Below, in pieces: positions 48,678 through 58,664 of a DNA stretch of 64,000 bases; the stretch's first letter is position 1; each line of letters opens with the position of its first letter. Origin of the DNA: an uncultured Acidobacteriota bacterium (GTDB lineage Bacteria > Acidobacteriota > Polarisedimenticolia > Polarisedimenticolales > DASRJG01); contig CAZYHZ010000009.1 of the NCBI GenBank assembly GCA_964647625.1, positions 16,056 to 80,055 on the forward strand, written 5' to 3'. Both the position numbers and the translations under genes were made by a program. The notes under the pieces were generated by a model. That model had not been told where the DNA came from, ran no database searches, and worked only from the letters and a program-made list of their open reading frames with translations.

Positions 48678-51600
48678 ATGATCGTGACGAGTCGAATCGT
48701 GCGACTCATCGGTCTCACCGTGCTAACGGCGTTGGTCCCGCTGCTCCCGACACCCGCGAGCGCTCAGGCCGAGACCGTCATCGCTTCGGACAACTTCAAT
48801 CGCTCCAATGAGACTCCGTTCGCCAGTACGGGAAACTGGGGTCACGTCATTGCGGGTAACTACCAGGGCACTTCGAGTCTGGTCAGCAATCAAGTGCGAA
48901 GCGCTTCGCAAGAGGGGATCTATTACTGGAAGGGCGCGGGAACATTCGACCCCACGAAGCAGTTCGCGAGAGAGCGGGCCGTGCAAAAGGACGGCGAGCT
49001 CGGGCTCGTCCTCCTGGGTGGACCGGATCAAGCCCTCATGGTCAGCTGGGGTCCGCCCGGCGTCGGCAACACGCTTTACATCTATTGGTACGCGGGGGGT
49101 GCCGCTCAGTCCGTGCTGGCCACCGCGCCCTCGTCTTTGGCCAATGGAGACATCATCGAGGCCGCTCTCCAAGGCGGGTTCATCTACGCGAAGGTCAATG
49201 GAATCATCGTCGCCAAGGTCCCCAATACGACCACTCTGACGTCGGGGCGGCCCGGGTTCATCACGTATCTCGATCCGAATCTGCCGGCTCAGGTCTCCAT
49301 TCTCGACGACTGGTCCGCCGGCGCGCCGGCCGCGTACACGATCGGCGGAACGATCACGGAAAACGCCGCCGGGCTGAGCGGAGTCCTGGTGACCGCCAGT
49401 GACGGGCTCAGCGCGACGGCGACGACCAACGGATCCGGTGCCTACACGATCTCGGGGGTGCCGGCCGGCGCAACCTCCATCGTGCTGACGCCGACGCTGT
49501 CCGGTCACACGATGACGCCGACGTCGCGCGCGGTGGCCGGCCCGGTGAACGCGAACGTGACGGGTCAGAATTTCACGAGCACCCCCGTGACGGGTGTCAC
49601 GCTGACGATCAACACGAGCCACGGCACCGTCACACGGAATCCCGATCTGCCTTCGTATGCGTTCGGGACGAACGTCACGCTGACTCCGGTGCCCGACGCC
49701 GGGTACCAGTTCGCCGGATGGAGCGGCGACGTCCCGGTAGGGCACGAATCCGACAATCCGCTGGTCGTCACGATGGATCAGAACCGGACGATCACCGCCG
49801 GGTTCGTGTCGCCCGGTGTCGTCGCCTTCGATCACTTCGATCGAGCCGACGAGACCCCGCTCACCGTCGGAGGCAACTGGCAGAAGCCGTTCTCGGGAGG
49901 CTCCGCCAATCTCACGAGCAACCACGTCGCGGGCGCGTCGGGCGAAGCACTTTACTACTGGCAAGGCCTCGGCACGTTCGACAACACGCGACAGTACGCG
50001 CGGGCAAGAGTGGTGCAGACGGGCGGGCAGGCGGGTCTGTTGCTGCTCGGCGGTCCCAATCAAGCGATCGCCATCGCGTGGGGTGCCGGGCAGCTCTACA
50101 TCTACTGGTACTCCAACGGAAACTACCAAGCCGAGCTGGCGCGGCAAACTTCCACGCTTCAGGTCGGCGACGAGATCGAAGCCGTGCTCGAGCAAGGAAA
50201 GATCTTTGCGAAGATCAACGGCACCGTCATCAAGAACGTGGCGAATACGACGAGCCTGACCTCCGGTCGGCCGGGGTTTGAAACGTATCTGTCGGGCGGA
50301 GCCATCGACGACTGGGAAGCAGGGACACCGCAGGACTTTTCGATCGGTGGGACGATCACCGAGAATGGGAGTGGGCTGAGCGGCGTGTCGGTGACGGCGA
50401 CCGGCGGATACAGTGGAAACGTGACCACCGGCGTCGACGGCACGTACACGATTGCGGGAGTTCCGTCCGGCGTCACGTCGGTCCTCCTGACCCCCACGCT
50501 GACGGGACATACGATGAGCCCGGTCACGAGATCGGTGACAGGTCCTGCTCTGGGAAACGTCACGGGTCAAGACTTCGCAAGCACGCTGATCACGAACGTG
50601 GCGCTGACCACGACGGCAAACCACGGAACCGTGGCGAGGGATCCGGATCTGGCGGCGTATTCGTACGGCGCGACCGTCACGGTGACGCCGAACCCCGCTC
50701 CGGGTTACCACTTCACCCGCTGGGGTGGCGACGTTCCGCCGGGCGACGAGACGGACAACCCGCTGGTCGTGTCGATGACTCAGGACCGGTCGATCTCGGC
50801 GATCTTCGTATCGTCGGAGGTCCTGGCATCCGATTACTTCGAGCGCCCCGACGAAACGCCCATCGCCGTCACGGGTGACTGGCGGCAGACGTTCTCGGGC
50901 GTGACCGCCGATCTGACGAATCGCCGCGTGACGGGCGGCCCGGGTGACGCGGTGTACTACTGGCAGGGCGCCGGCGCCTTCAGCAACTCGAGGCAGTTCG
51001 CGCGTGCGCGCGTCGCCCAGGCCGGAGGGGAAGTGGGCCTCGTGTTGCTCGGCGGAGCCAACCAGGGGTTCGTACTGACGTGGGCCGGGGGCCAGCTTTA
51101 CTTCTATTGGTATCTGAACGGCACGCATCAAGGGGATCTCCTGATCCTTCCTTCGACGATCGCGACCGGCGACACGATCGAAGCGGTGCTCGATTCCGGG
51201 ACCATCTACGGAAAGGTCAATGGCGTCGACATCGGAAGCCTCGCGAATTCGACGAGCTTGTCGTCCGGGCTCCCGGGGTTCCAGCTGAGGCTCGCCGGTG
51301 GCGCCCTCGACGATTGGGAGGCCGGAACGCTTGCGGTGAGCTGCACGGGCGCACCCAACGGAACGCCCTGCAACGACGGCAACCCGTGCACGTTCAACGA
51401 CGCGTGCACGGGGGGAACGTGCGCGGGAACCCCTGGATCGGCTCCCACGGAGGTTCAAGGCGTCGTCCTCGACGGGCAAACTCCCACGGGCCTGGCTTGG
51501 GCGGCTGCAAGTGGAGCGGTCTATGACGTGGCCTCGGGGGCGCTCTCCGATCTACGCGTCGATGGAACGACGAGCGCAGCGTGCCTGTCGAACGACGGTA

Positions 51601-51749
51601 CGGCCGCCGGCTACGTCGAAAACCGCCCGGACCCGGCGCCGGGTGCCGGCTACTACTACATCGTCCGGGCGCAGAGCGCCTGCGGCTCCGGAACCTACGG
51701 ATTCGCCTCGACCGGTCAGGAGCGCGTGCCGACCGCCGCTTGCCCCTGA
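48678..51749 (+). CDS. Large secreted modular repeat protein
   Basis: Signal peptide; three copies of an (S/F)D.F.R..ETP...DDW.AG module; two carboxypeptidase-regulatory-like and two InlB-B-repeat-like modules; Cys-rich repeat and Cys-containing tail. Confidence 0.85.
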   Translation: MIVTSRIVRLIGLTVLTALVPLLPTPASAQAETVIASDNFNRSNETPFASTGNWGHVIAGNYQGTSSLVSNQVRSASQEGIYYWKGAGTFDPTKQFARERAVQKDGELGLVLLGGPDQALMVSWGPPGVGNTLYIYWYAGGAAQSVLATAPSSLANGDIIEAALQGGFIYAKVNGIIVAKVPNTTTLTSGRPGFITYLDPNLPAQVSILDDWSAGAPAAYTIGGTITENAAGLSGVLVTASDGLSATATTNGSGAYTISGVPAGATSIVLTPTLSGHTMTPTSRAVAGPVNANVTGQNFTSTPVTGVTLTINTSHGTVTRNPDLPSYAFGTNVTLTPVPDAGYQFAGWSGDVPVGHESDNPLVVTMDQNRTITAGFVSPGVVAFDHFDRADETPLTVGGNWQKPFSGGSANLTSNHVAGASGEALYYWQGLGTFDNTRQYARARVVQTGGQAGLLLLGGPNQAIAIAWGAGQLYIYWYSNGNYQAELARQTSTLQVGDEIEAVLEQGKIFAKINGTVIKNVANTTSLTSGRPGFETYLSGGAIDDWEAGTPQDFSIGGTITENGSGLSGVSVTATGGYSGNVTTGVDGTYTIAGVPSGVTSVLLTPTLTGHTMSPVTRSVTGPALGNVTGQDFASTLITNVALTTTANHGTVARDPDLAAYSYGATVTVTPNPAPGYHFTRWGGDVPPGDETDNPLVVSMTQDRSISAIFVSSEVLASDYFERPDETPIAVTGDWRQTFSGVTADLTNRRVTGGPGDAVYYWQGAGAFSNSRQFARARVAQAGGEVGLVLLGGANQGFVLTWAGGQLYFYWYLNGTHQGDLLILPSTIATGDTIEAVLDSGTIYGKVNGVDIGSLANSTSLSSGLPGFQLRLAGGALDDWEAGTLAVSCTGAPNGTPCNDGNPCTFNDACTGGTCAGTPGSAPTEVQGVVLDGQTPTGLAWAAASGAVYDVASGALSDLRVDGTTSAACLSNDGTAAGYVENRPDPAPGAGYYYIVRAQSACGSGTYGFASTGQERVPTAACP

Positions 51750-51774
51750 TCGGTCAACTGATTCGGAGCCCGTT

Positions 51775-51802
51775 GCGGGTTCGATTCCCGCCGCGTCGAG
51801 CA
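51775..51802 (+). repeat. ssrA: Degenerate tmRNA-like 3' fragment, copy 3
   Basis: First 20 nt (GCGGGTTCGATTCCCGCCGC) are identical to copies 1 and 2, then GTCGAGCA replaces CTCCACCA. Confidence 0.65.
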
Positions 51803-52071
51803 CCCCCGCGACCCGAATGTCAATCTGCCGGAGCGTGCATTCCTTCGGCGAAGGAGCGGTCCTCAGGGCCTCGTCACCACTCTGCGCGGTTCGAGTTCAC
51901 CAACGTTCGCTCTAGAACGGGTAGGGCCGCAACATCACTTTCGATAAGCGCGGCTCAAGTACAGCGAGCACGTGCAGCATCATTGCGAGCGCACCTCTAT
52001 CCGCGGGAACCCCCGGTGTGTACATCGGTCATATCCGGCTGCGGGCCACTGCCGGTCGCATGAGGTGCTCC

Positions 52072-55000
52072 ATGAGATGGTCATCCCGGCTGTTCGCGGC
52101 TTCGATCCTCTGCTCCGCTGCGGTCTCCACCGTCCTTGCAGAACTGCCGACATCGCCCGGCGGATTGACGGTCACGGGCCAGGACGGAGGCGTCGTCGAC
52201 CTGCCGCTCCGCCACACCAAAGTCAGCATCGAGGTCACCGCATTCGTTGCGCGAACGACCGTCGAGCAGACCTTCGGCAACCCGTACGGGACGCCGATCG
52301 ACGCGGTCTACACCTTTCCGCTGGGCGATCGTGCGGCCGTCGATGACTTCGAGCTGACGGTCGGCGATCGCACCATTCGTGGCGAGATCCAGCGCTCCGA
52401 GGAGGCCCGCCAGACTTACGAGCGGGCGCGAGCGTCGGGCTACCGTGCGGCGCTCCTCGAGCAGCAGCGGCCCAACATCTTCACCCAGTCCGTCGCGAAC
52501 CTGGAGCCGGGTAAGACGGTCGTCGTTCGGCTTCGGACGGTGGAGACACTCCGGTACGAGCGCGGTGTTTACCAGGTGGCGTTCCCTCTCGTCGTCGCGC
52601 CTCGGTACACGCGCGGCGGATCTTCGGCCGGCGCCGCGGCCTGCGTGCCGGTCCTCCCGCCCGAGTCCCGCTCGGGCCACGACGTCGAGATCGATGCGAC
52701 GATCGACGCCGGCGTTCCGCTTCACGACCTCCGCAGCGCGAGCCATCGGGTCGTCATCGACCACGCGGGAGGCACGTCGGCGCACGTCCGCTTGGCGGAA
52801 GACGACCGGATCCCGAACAAGGACTTCCTCCTGCAATGGAGCGTCGCCTCCGATCGTCCGGCTGTTGGATTCATGGCCCATCGCTCCGGTCTGGATGGTT
52901 TCTTCACGCTCCTCGTCCAGCCCAAAGCGGAGATCGAAGCCCGGGACGCGGCGCCCAAGGAGATCACGCTCGTCGTGGATACGTCCGGGAGCATGTCCGG
53001 CACCCCGCTCGATGCGAGCAAGCGCTTCATCGCGAGGGTGCTGCACGCCTTGGGCCCGCGCGACACGTTCAACATCGTTCGATTCTCCGGAGACAACGAG
53101 GTGTTCTCGAGAGATCCCCTTCCGAACGATCCCGAAGCGATCGATCGGGCCATCGCCTGGGTCAACGCGGCGGAAGGGGGTGGAGGGACCGAGATGCTGG
53201 CGGCGATGCGGGCGGCGTTTGCGCGGCCGGTCGATCCGAACCGCCTGCGGATCGTCGTCTTCCTCACCGACGGTGAAGTAGGAGAGGACGAGGAGATCCT
53301 CCGCGATATCTCCAAGGTTCTCGGTGAAGCGCGAATCTACACGGTCGGAATCGGGACGTCGGTGAATCGGTACCTCCTCGACCGCATGGCCGATCTCGGC
53401 CGCGGCGCCTTCATCGCGATTCGCCCCGACGAGACCGCGGACGACGCGCTCGAGGCGTTCCGGTCGTGGGTCGCCCTTCCCTATCTGACCGACCTCACGG
53501 TCGATTGGGGTGCGCTGCCCGTGGCCGACGTCGCGCCCGATCCCATTCGCGACCTCGGCTCGGGCCAAACGCTCGCCCTGGTCGGACGCTACCTCCAGGC
53601 CGCTGAAGGCGACGTCGTCGTGCGCGGCAAGCTCGGGGGGCACTACTGGGAGCACCGCATTCACGTCGCGCTTCCGGATTCGGAGACGAGACATGCGCCT
53701 CTCGCGGCACTGTGGGCTCGCGGCCGGATCGAAAATCTCCTACGGCCGGCTCCCGGAGCCGCGCCCGATGCGGTCCGGGCCGAGGTGACCTCGCTGGCCA
53801 TCGACTTCCGGCTGTTGTCACCGTTCACCTCGTTCGTCGCCGTCGACGATTCGACCGTCGTGAACGCCGCGGGGACGGCGCCGGTCGTGCGGCAAGCGGT
53901 TCCTCTGCCCGAAGGAATCTCGTTCGAAGGGGTCTTCGGTGCGAAGGGGCCCCCGGCGTTCGCCGTGAGCGGGGGCGGTGGACGGCCCGAGGATCCGGGG
54001 GCCGCAGAGGGCTCCACTCTGAACTCGGGTGGTCTGCGGATCCGCGTCATCGACAACTCGGACAAGTCGGAGGTGATCGGCGCGTTCGTCACCCTCGACA
54101 GCACGAGCAAGCTCGTCGCGAAGACGACCACCGCCACCGACGTCAACGGCACCGCGCTGTTCCCGGTTCTCCGAGCGGGGGGCGGCTATGTCATCACAGT
54201 CATCATGGACGGGTATTCGGGGATGCGGCAGGAGGTCACCGTCGTCAACGCCCAGACCAAGGACGTCCTGTTCGCCCTCGCTCCCGAGCACGTCGAGCTC
54301 GTGAAGGTGATGGCGGACAACAGCGCCACCGTCGATCTCGACCAGAGCCAAACGTCCACCAAGTTCTCCGGGGAGTTCATCGCCGACCTTCCGGTCGCCG
54401 GCCGCTTCGCTCAGAACGTCCTCGCGCTCGCTCCCGGCGTGCAAGACCCCGACGGCGACGGAAACCCGAACGTTGACGGGGCACGCGAGCGCGACTTCAG
54501 GACCCAGGTCGCGGGAGTCGGCAACGTCGATCCGTTGACCGGGACGTTCCTCAACCTGGTGGCCAGCGATTCGATCGAAGACCTGACCACAGTGACCGCG
54601 GGCGCGGGCGCCGAGTTCGGCCGCGCGCAAGGTGGGTTCGCGCAGATCATCCAAAAACAAGGGTCGAACGATTTCGAGGACCTCTCGGAAGACGGCTCGC
54701 AGCTTCGCCAGGACGCATTCCGAGTTCTCGCGGATCTGGCCGACGACGGCCGGCTCTCACCAGCGGACGGCAAGCCCGCTCTCGCGGCGTTGCTCGCGGC
54801 TCAGAACCGCTCGGGGGCCGTCGCGCGCGACACCGTGACGAATGCGATCGCGACCTGGGCGTTCGCGGAAGCGGAGAGGGCGCTACCGGCCGAACCGTGG
54901 ATCGCCTCCGCTCGGGCGAAAGCAGTACGGCAGCTCGCGGCGATTGCGCTTGCCGAGGGTTGGCCGGCTCGGCCGGGCGGCACGCTCGATCACGACGCCA

Positions 55001-55209
55001 CCGCCTGGGCGACCTTTGTGCTGGCGATTCTCCGCCCGGAAGCCGCACGGACGGCCCACGGGAACTCCCACGCGATACCCGCCGAGCTCGGCCGGATCGA
55101 GGCGGCTGCTGCTCGTCCGAAAGACGGAACGCGTCCGCTCGTGTCGACCGGTCGTGCCCCCCTGGAGCGTCTCATCGCCGCGATCGACCGGGGGCACCTG
55201 ATGATTTGA
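52072..55209 (+). CDS. VIT-VWA protein fused to a carboxypeptidase-regulatory-like domain, a TonB plug and a helical tail
   Basis: VIT (VEQTF.NP...YTFPL), MIDAS DTSGSMSG and FLTDG, then LPVAGR..LALAPGV...AEFGRAQGG...KQGSND. Confidence 0.75.
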   Translation: MRWSSRLFAASILCSAAVSTVLAELPTSPGGLTVTGQDGGVVDLPLRHTKVSIEVTAFVARTTVEQTFGNPYGTPIDAVYTFPLGDRAAVDDFELTVGDRTIRGEIQRSEEARQTYERARASGYRAALLEQQRPNIFTQSVANLEPGKTVVVRLRTVETLRYERGVYQVAFPLVVAPRYTRGGSSAGAAACVPVLPPESRSGHDVEIDATIDAGVPLHDLRSASHRVVIDHAGGTSAHVRLAEDDRIPNKDFLLQWSVASDRPAVGFMAHRSGLDGFFTLLVQPKAEIEARDAAPKEITLVVDTSGSMSGTPLDASKRFIARVLHALGPRDTFNIVRFSGDNEVFSRDPLPNDPEAIDRAIAWVNAAEGGGGTEMLAAMRAAFARPVDPNRLRIVVFLTDGEVGEDEEILRDISKVLGEARIYTVGIGTSVNRYLLDRMADLGRGAFIAIRPDETADDALEAFRSWVALPYLTDLTVDWGALPVADVAPDPIRDLGSGQTLALVGRYLQAAEGDVVVRGKLGGHYWEHRIHVALPDSETRHAPLAALWARGRIENLLRPAPGAAPDAVRAEVTSLAIDFRLLSPFTSFVAVDDSTVVNAAGTAPVVRQAVPLPEGISFEGVFGAKGPPAFAVSGGGGRPEDPGAAEGSTLNSGGLRIRVIDNSDKSEVIGAFVTLDSTSKLVAKTTTATDVNGTALFPVLRAGGGYVITVIMDGYSGMRQEVTVVNAQTKDVLFALAPEHVELVKVMADNSATVDLDQSQTSTKFSGEFIADLPVAGRFAQNVLALAPGVQDPDGDGNPNVDGARERDFRTQVAGVGNVDPLTGTFLNLVASDSIEDLTTVTAGAGAEFGRAQGGFAQIIQKQGSNDFEDLSEDGSQLRQDAFRVLADLADDGRLSPADGKPALAALLAAQNRSGAVARDTVTNAIATWAFAEAERALPAEPWIASARAKAVRQLAAIALAEGWPARPGGTLDHDATAWATFVLAILRPEAARTAHGNSHAIPAELGRIEAAAARPKDGTRPLVSTGRAPLERLIAAIDRGHLMI

Positions 55210-55212
55210 GCG

Positions 55213-56598
55213 CTACGAGGTTCGCTCCGAAGCCGAGAACGCCGTCGCCACGGCGTCCGCGACGAGTCCCGCATCGGCGAGGCACGCGTTGATCGCGATG
55301 CCGCGATACGAATTGCCCGCGAGGAACAGTCCCGGCATCGTGGTCAAGCGCTCGTCGATGGCCGCGAGGCGGCTCGCGTGTCCGAGCAGGTACTGCGGGA
55401 TCGCTCGCGGATGACGGATGACCAGTGAGAAGCTCGGGTCGGCGGTGACGGCGCCCAGCGTTGTCAACGCGTGAACGGCCGTCGCGATCAGCTGCTCGTC
55501 GGTCGTCTCGATCGCCTTCGGGTCGCGATCGCCCCCGATCATCACGGTCGCCAAGGTTTGTCCCGCGGGCGCACGGCCGAGAAAGATGTTCGACGGAATG
55601 AGGACGCCGAGGAGCGATTCGTGCTCTCCGCGTGGGATCAGGAAGCCGAAGCCCTGAAGTTTCGACGCGTCCCGCTTCTCGAAGCCGAGGTGAACGACCG
55701 CGACGGACACCGTGTGGATGCCCGCGATCAAGCCGGATAACCGCTCGTCGAGGCCGCGGACCATCCCAGCCGCGGATGACGAAGGACAGGCCAGGACGAC
55801 CGCGCCCGCGTCGAACGTGGCTCCGTCGGCATGAACGTGAAATCCGCCGCCGGTCCGCCGCTCGATTTCCCGGACGCGCGTGCCGAGGCGGATGCGATCG
55901 CCCAGCTCCGATGCGATCGCCGCCGGAAGCTCCGACAGTCCTTCGGGGAACGACGTGAGGCGTCCGCCCGGTCCCGCTGCGCGAGCGGCCGACCCGCGCC
56001 GCGCGAACATTCCACGGACGAGCCCGCCATGGTCCCGCTCGAGCGCCGCGAGTTTCGGCAGCGCAGAGCGTAGCGACAGCGCGCGGCTGTCACCCGCCCA
56101 GATTCCCGTGATGAGCGCATCGACGAGGACGCTCGCCGCTTCCTCGCCGATCCGCCGGCGGGCGAAGGCGTAGACCGACTCGTCCGCGTCGTCACGCCGG
56201 GGTTGGACGAGCGGCTCGGCGAGGACGCGCAGGCGTCCGGAGACGGACAGTGCGTCGGACACGAGGAATCCCAGCGGCCCTTTCGGCAGCTCGCGCAGGC
56301 GGCCGCGGCGCACGATGAAGCGGCGCTCGGCGTCGACGCTCGCTCCGGTCAGGCGCGAGCCGAGACCGGCGCGGCGGCAGACGTCGAGCGTCGCCGGCGC
56401 GTCGTCCAGGAAACCGGTCGGCCCCCACTCGCACAGGAAGCCCGAGCGGCGCTCGCTGCGGATGTTCCCGCCCGCGCGCGGTGCGGCTTCGAGGACGACG
56501 ATGCGCCCGTCTCCCAACCGCTCGCGGCGCGCCAGAAGCTCCGACGCGATCGAGAGCCCCGCGATCCCTCCACCGACGACGACCACGTCCCCAGGCAT
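55213..56598 (-). CDS. hemY: HemY-type protoporphyrinogen/coproporphyrinogen oxidase
   Basis: VVVGGGIAGL, RAGGNI, EWGPTGF, GFGFLIP, AIPQY and GNSYRG motifs. Confidence 0.9.
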   Translation of the reverse strand: MPGDVVVVGGGIAGLSIASELLARRERLGDGRIVVLEAAPRAGGNIRSERRSGFLCEWGPTGFLDDAPATLDVCRRAGLGSRLTGASVDAERRFIVRRGRLRELPKGPLGFLVSDALSVSGRLRVLAEPLVQPRRDDADESVYAFARRRIGEEAASVLVDALITGIWAGDSRALSLRSALPKLAALERDHGGLVRGMFARRGSAARAAGPGGRLTSFPEGLSELPAAIASELGDRIRLGTRVREIERRTGGGFHVHADGATFDAGAVVLACPSSSAAGMVRGLDERLSGLIAGIHTVSVAVVHLGFEKRDASKLQGFGFLIPRGEHESLLGVLIPSNIFLGRAPAGQTLATVMIGGDRDPKAIETTDEQLIATAVHALTTLGAVTADPSFSLVIRHPRAIPQYLLGHASRLAAIDERLTTMPGLFLAGNSYRGIAINACLADAGLVADAVATAFSASERTS

Positions 56599-56651
56599 GG
56601 CGCTCCCCGAAAGGACCGGGGAGCTTAGCGCGTGCTAATCTCGCCCGCAGC

Positions 56652-57611
56652 ATGCGGAGGAATTTCAAGGATCTGTCCGCACCCGAGGTGCTGGCCCTGG
56701 CCATTTCCCTCGAAGAGGAAGACGCCAGGATCTTCCGCGAGTTCGCGCGCCTGCTCCGCCCGAATTTTCCCAAGGCCGCGGCGACGCTCGACGGCATGTG
56801 CGCGCAAGAGGACGCCCACCGGCATCGCTTGATTGACATGTTCCGCCGGAAGTTCGGCGAGGAGATCCCTCTCGTGCGCCGCCAGGACGTGCGCGGGTTC
56901 GTGCGCCGCGACCCGGTGCAGTCGCTGCGCGTCCCCGGAGTCGATCACATCCGCCGGCGCGTGGCGCTCATGGAGCTCGAGACCGCCCGGTACTACGAGA
57001 AGGCCGCCGCGCAGGCGACCGACGCGGAGATGCGGCAGCTTCTCGGCGACCTCGCCGAAGAAGAACGCAAGCACGAGGAGACGTCGGCATCGTTCGACCC
57101 CGCGCACCTTTCGGCGAACGAACGGGAAGACGAAGCGCAGACCTCGCGGCGGCTGTTCCTCCTGCAGGTGGTTCAGCCGGGGCTCGCGGGGCTGATGGAC
57201 GGGTCGGTGTCGACCTTGGCGCCTCTCTTCGCGGCGGCGTTCGCCACGCGCAACAGCTGGAACGCGTTCCTTGTCGGCGTGGCCGCGGCTGTCGGCGCGG
57301 GGATCAGCATGGGCTTCGCCGAGGCGCTCTCGGACGACGGGAGCCTGACCGGCCGCGGCCGTCCCTTGCTGCGCGGTCTGGTGTGCGGGCTGATGACCCT
57401 CGTCGGCGGGCTCGGGCACGCGCTGCCGTACCTGATCTCCAACTTCATCACGGCGACCGTCATCGCGACGATCATCGTGTTGTTCGAGCTCATCGGGATC
57501 GCATGGATCCGAAACCGCTACATGGACACGCCGTTTCTCGCGGCGGCGTTCCAGGTCGTGGTGGGCGGCGTTCTCGTGTTCCTGAGCGGGATCGCGATCG
57601 GCAGCGCGTAG
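56652..57611 (+). CDS. mbfA: Rubrerythrin/VIT1 iron exporter
   Basis: LALAISLEEED, E..H motifs, QPGLAGLMDGSVSTLAP and SMGFAEALSDDG. Confidence 0.9.
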   Translation: MRRNFKDLSAPEVLALAISLEEEDARIFREFARLLRPNFPKAAATLDGMCAQEDAHRHRLIDMFRRKFGEEIPLVRRQDVRGFVRRDPVQSLRVPGVDHIRRRVALMELETARYYEKAAAQATDAEMRQLLGDLAEEERKHEETSASFDPAHLSANEREDEAQTSRRLFLLQVVQPGLAGLMDGSVSTLAPLFAAAFATRNSWNAFLVGVAAAVGAGISMGFAEALSDDGSLTGRGRPLLRGLVCGLMTLVGGLGHALPYLISNFITATVIATIIVLFELIGIAWIRNRYMDTPFLAAAFQVVVGGVLVFLSGIAIGSA

Positions 57612-58664
57612 TCAGCGAACGCCGGCCCGCGTCCAGCTCTTCACGGTCTCGACGAACGCGACGGCGTTGTCGACGGGCGTCGACGGCAGGATCCCGTGGC
57701 CGAGGTTGGCGATGTAGCCGGACAGCGACGCGCCGTCCTCGAGCATCTCGAGCGTACGGGCGCGCACGGTGGCCGGGTCGGCGAGGAGGATGCACGGGTC
57801 GAGGTTGCCCTGGAGCCGCGGGGCTCCGCCGAGCCTCTTCGCGGCGCTCCCGAGCCCCGTTCTCCAATCGACGCCGATGACGTCGGCCCCGCAGCGGCCG
57901 ACGGACTCGAGCGTCGCCGCGGAATCGAGTGCGAAGTAGATCGAGGGCGCGCCCTCCGCACGCGCGGCGTCGAGCACGCGCTTCACGTAGGGGAGCGAGA
58001 ACCCTTCGTAATCGGCCGCCGAGACGAGGCCGGCCCACGTGTCGAACACCTGCACGGCCTGCGCGCCCGCGCGGATTTGAGCCACGAGGTACGCGATCGT
58101 CGTCGCCGTCACCTTCTCGAGAAGCGCGTGCGCGGTTCCGGGATCGGCGTAGAGCATCCGCTTCCAGTGCTCGAAGCTGCGCGAGCCTTCGCCCTCGACG
58201 AGGTAAGCCGAAAGCGTGAACGGCGCCGCCGCGAATCCGATGAGCGGCACGCGCCCCGCGAGCTCGCGGCGGAGGATCCGGATGGTGTCGTAGACGAACG
58301 GGACCTCGGATTCGGGATCGGGCACCGCGAGCTTCGCGACGTCGCCGCCCGAGCGCACGGGCCGGTCGATGACGGGCCCCGGGTCGAAGGACACGCCCAA
58401 GCCCATCGCGGGGACCGGGACGAGAATGTCGGAGAACAGGATCGCGGCGTCGACGCCGAGGCGGTCGACCGGCTGGATCGTCACGAGGGCGGCCAGCTCG
58501 GGCGTGCGGCAGAGCGTCAGGAAGTCGACGTCCCGCCTGACTTGCCGGTACTCCGGGAGGTAGCGCCCGGCCTGTCGCATCAGCCAGACGGGCGGCCGCG
58601 GGACCGGCTCGCCCCGGCAGGCCCGCAGGAAAAGCTCGGAGGCCGAGCCGGCCGCGCTATTCAT
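57612..58664 (-). CDS. hemE: Uroporphyrinogen decarboxylase
   Basis: PVWLMRQAGRYLPEY, AAILFSDIL, QGNLDP and NLGHGI motifs. Confidence 0.95.
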   Translation of the reverse strand: MNSAAGSASELFLRACRGEPVPRPPVWLMRQAGRYLPEYRQVRRDVDFLTLCRTPELAALVTIQPVDRLGVDAAILFSDILVPVPAMGLGVSFDPGPVIDRPVRSGGDVAKLAVPDPESEVPFVYDTIRILRRELAGRVPLIGFAAAPFTLSAYLVEGEGSRSFEHWKRMLYADPGTAHALLEKVTATTIAYLVAQIRAGAQAVQVFDTWAGLVSAADYEGFSLPYVKRVLDAARAEGAPSIYFALDSAATLESVGRCGADVIGVDWRTGLGSAAKRLGGAPRLQGNLDPCILLADPATVRARTLEMLEDGASLSGYIANLGHGILPSTPVDNAVAFVETVKSWTRAGVR

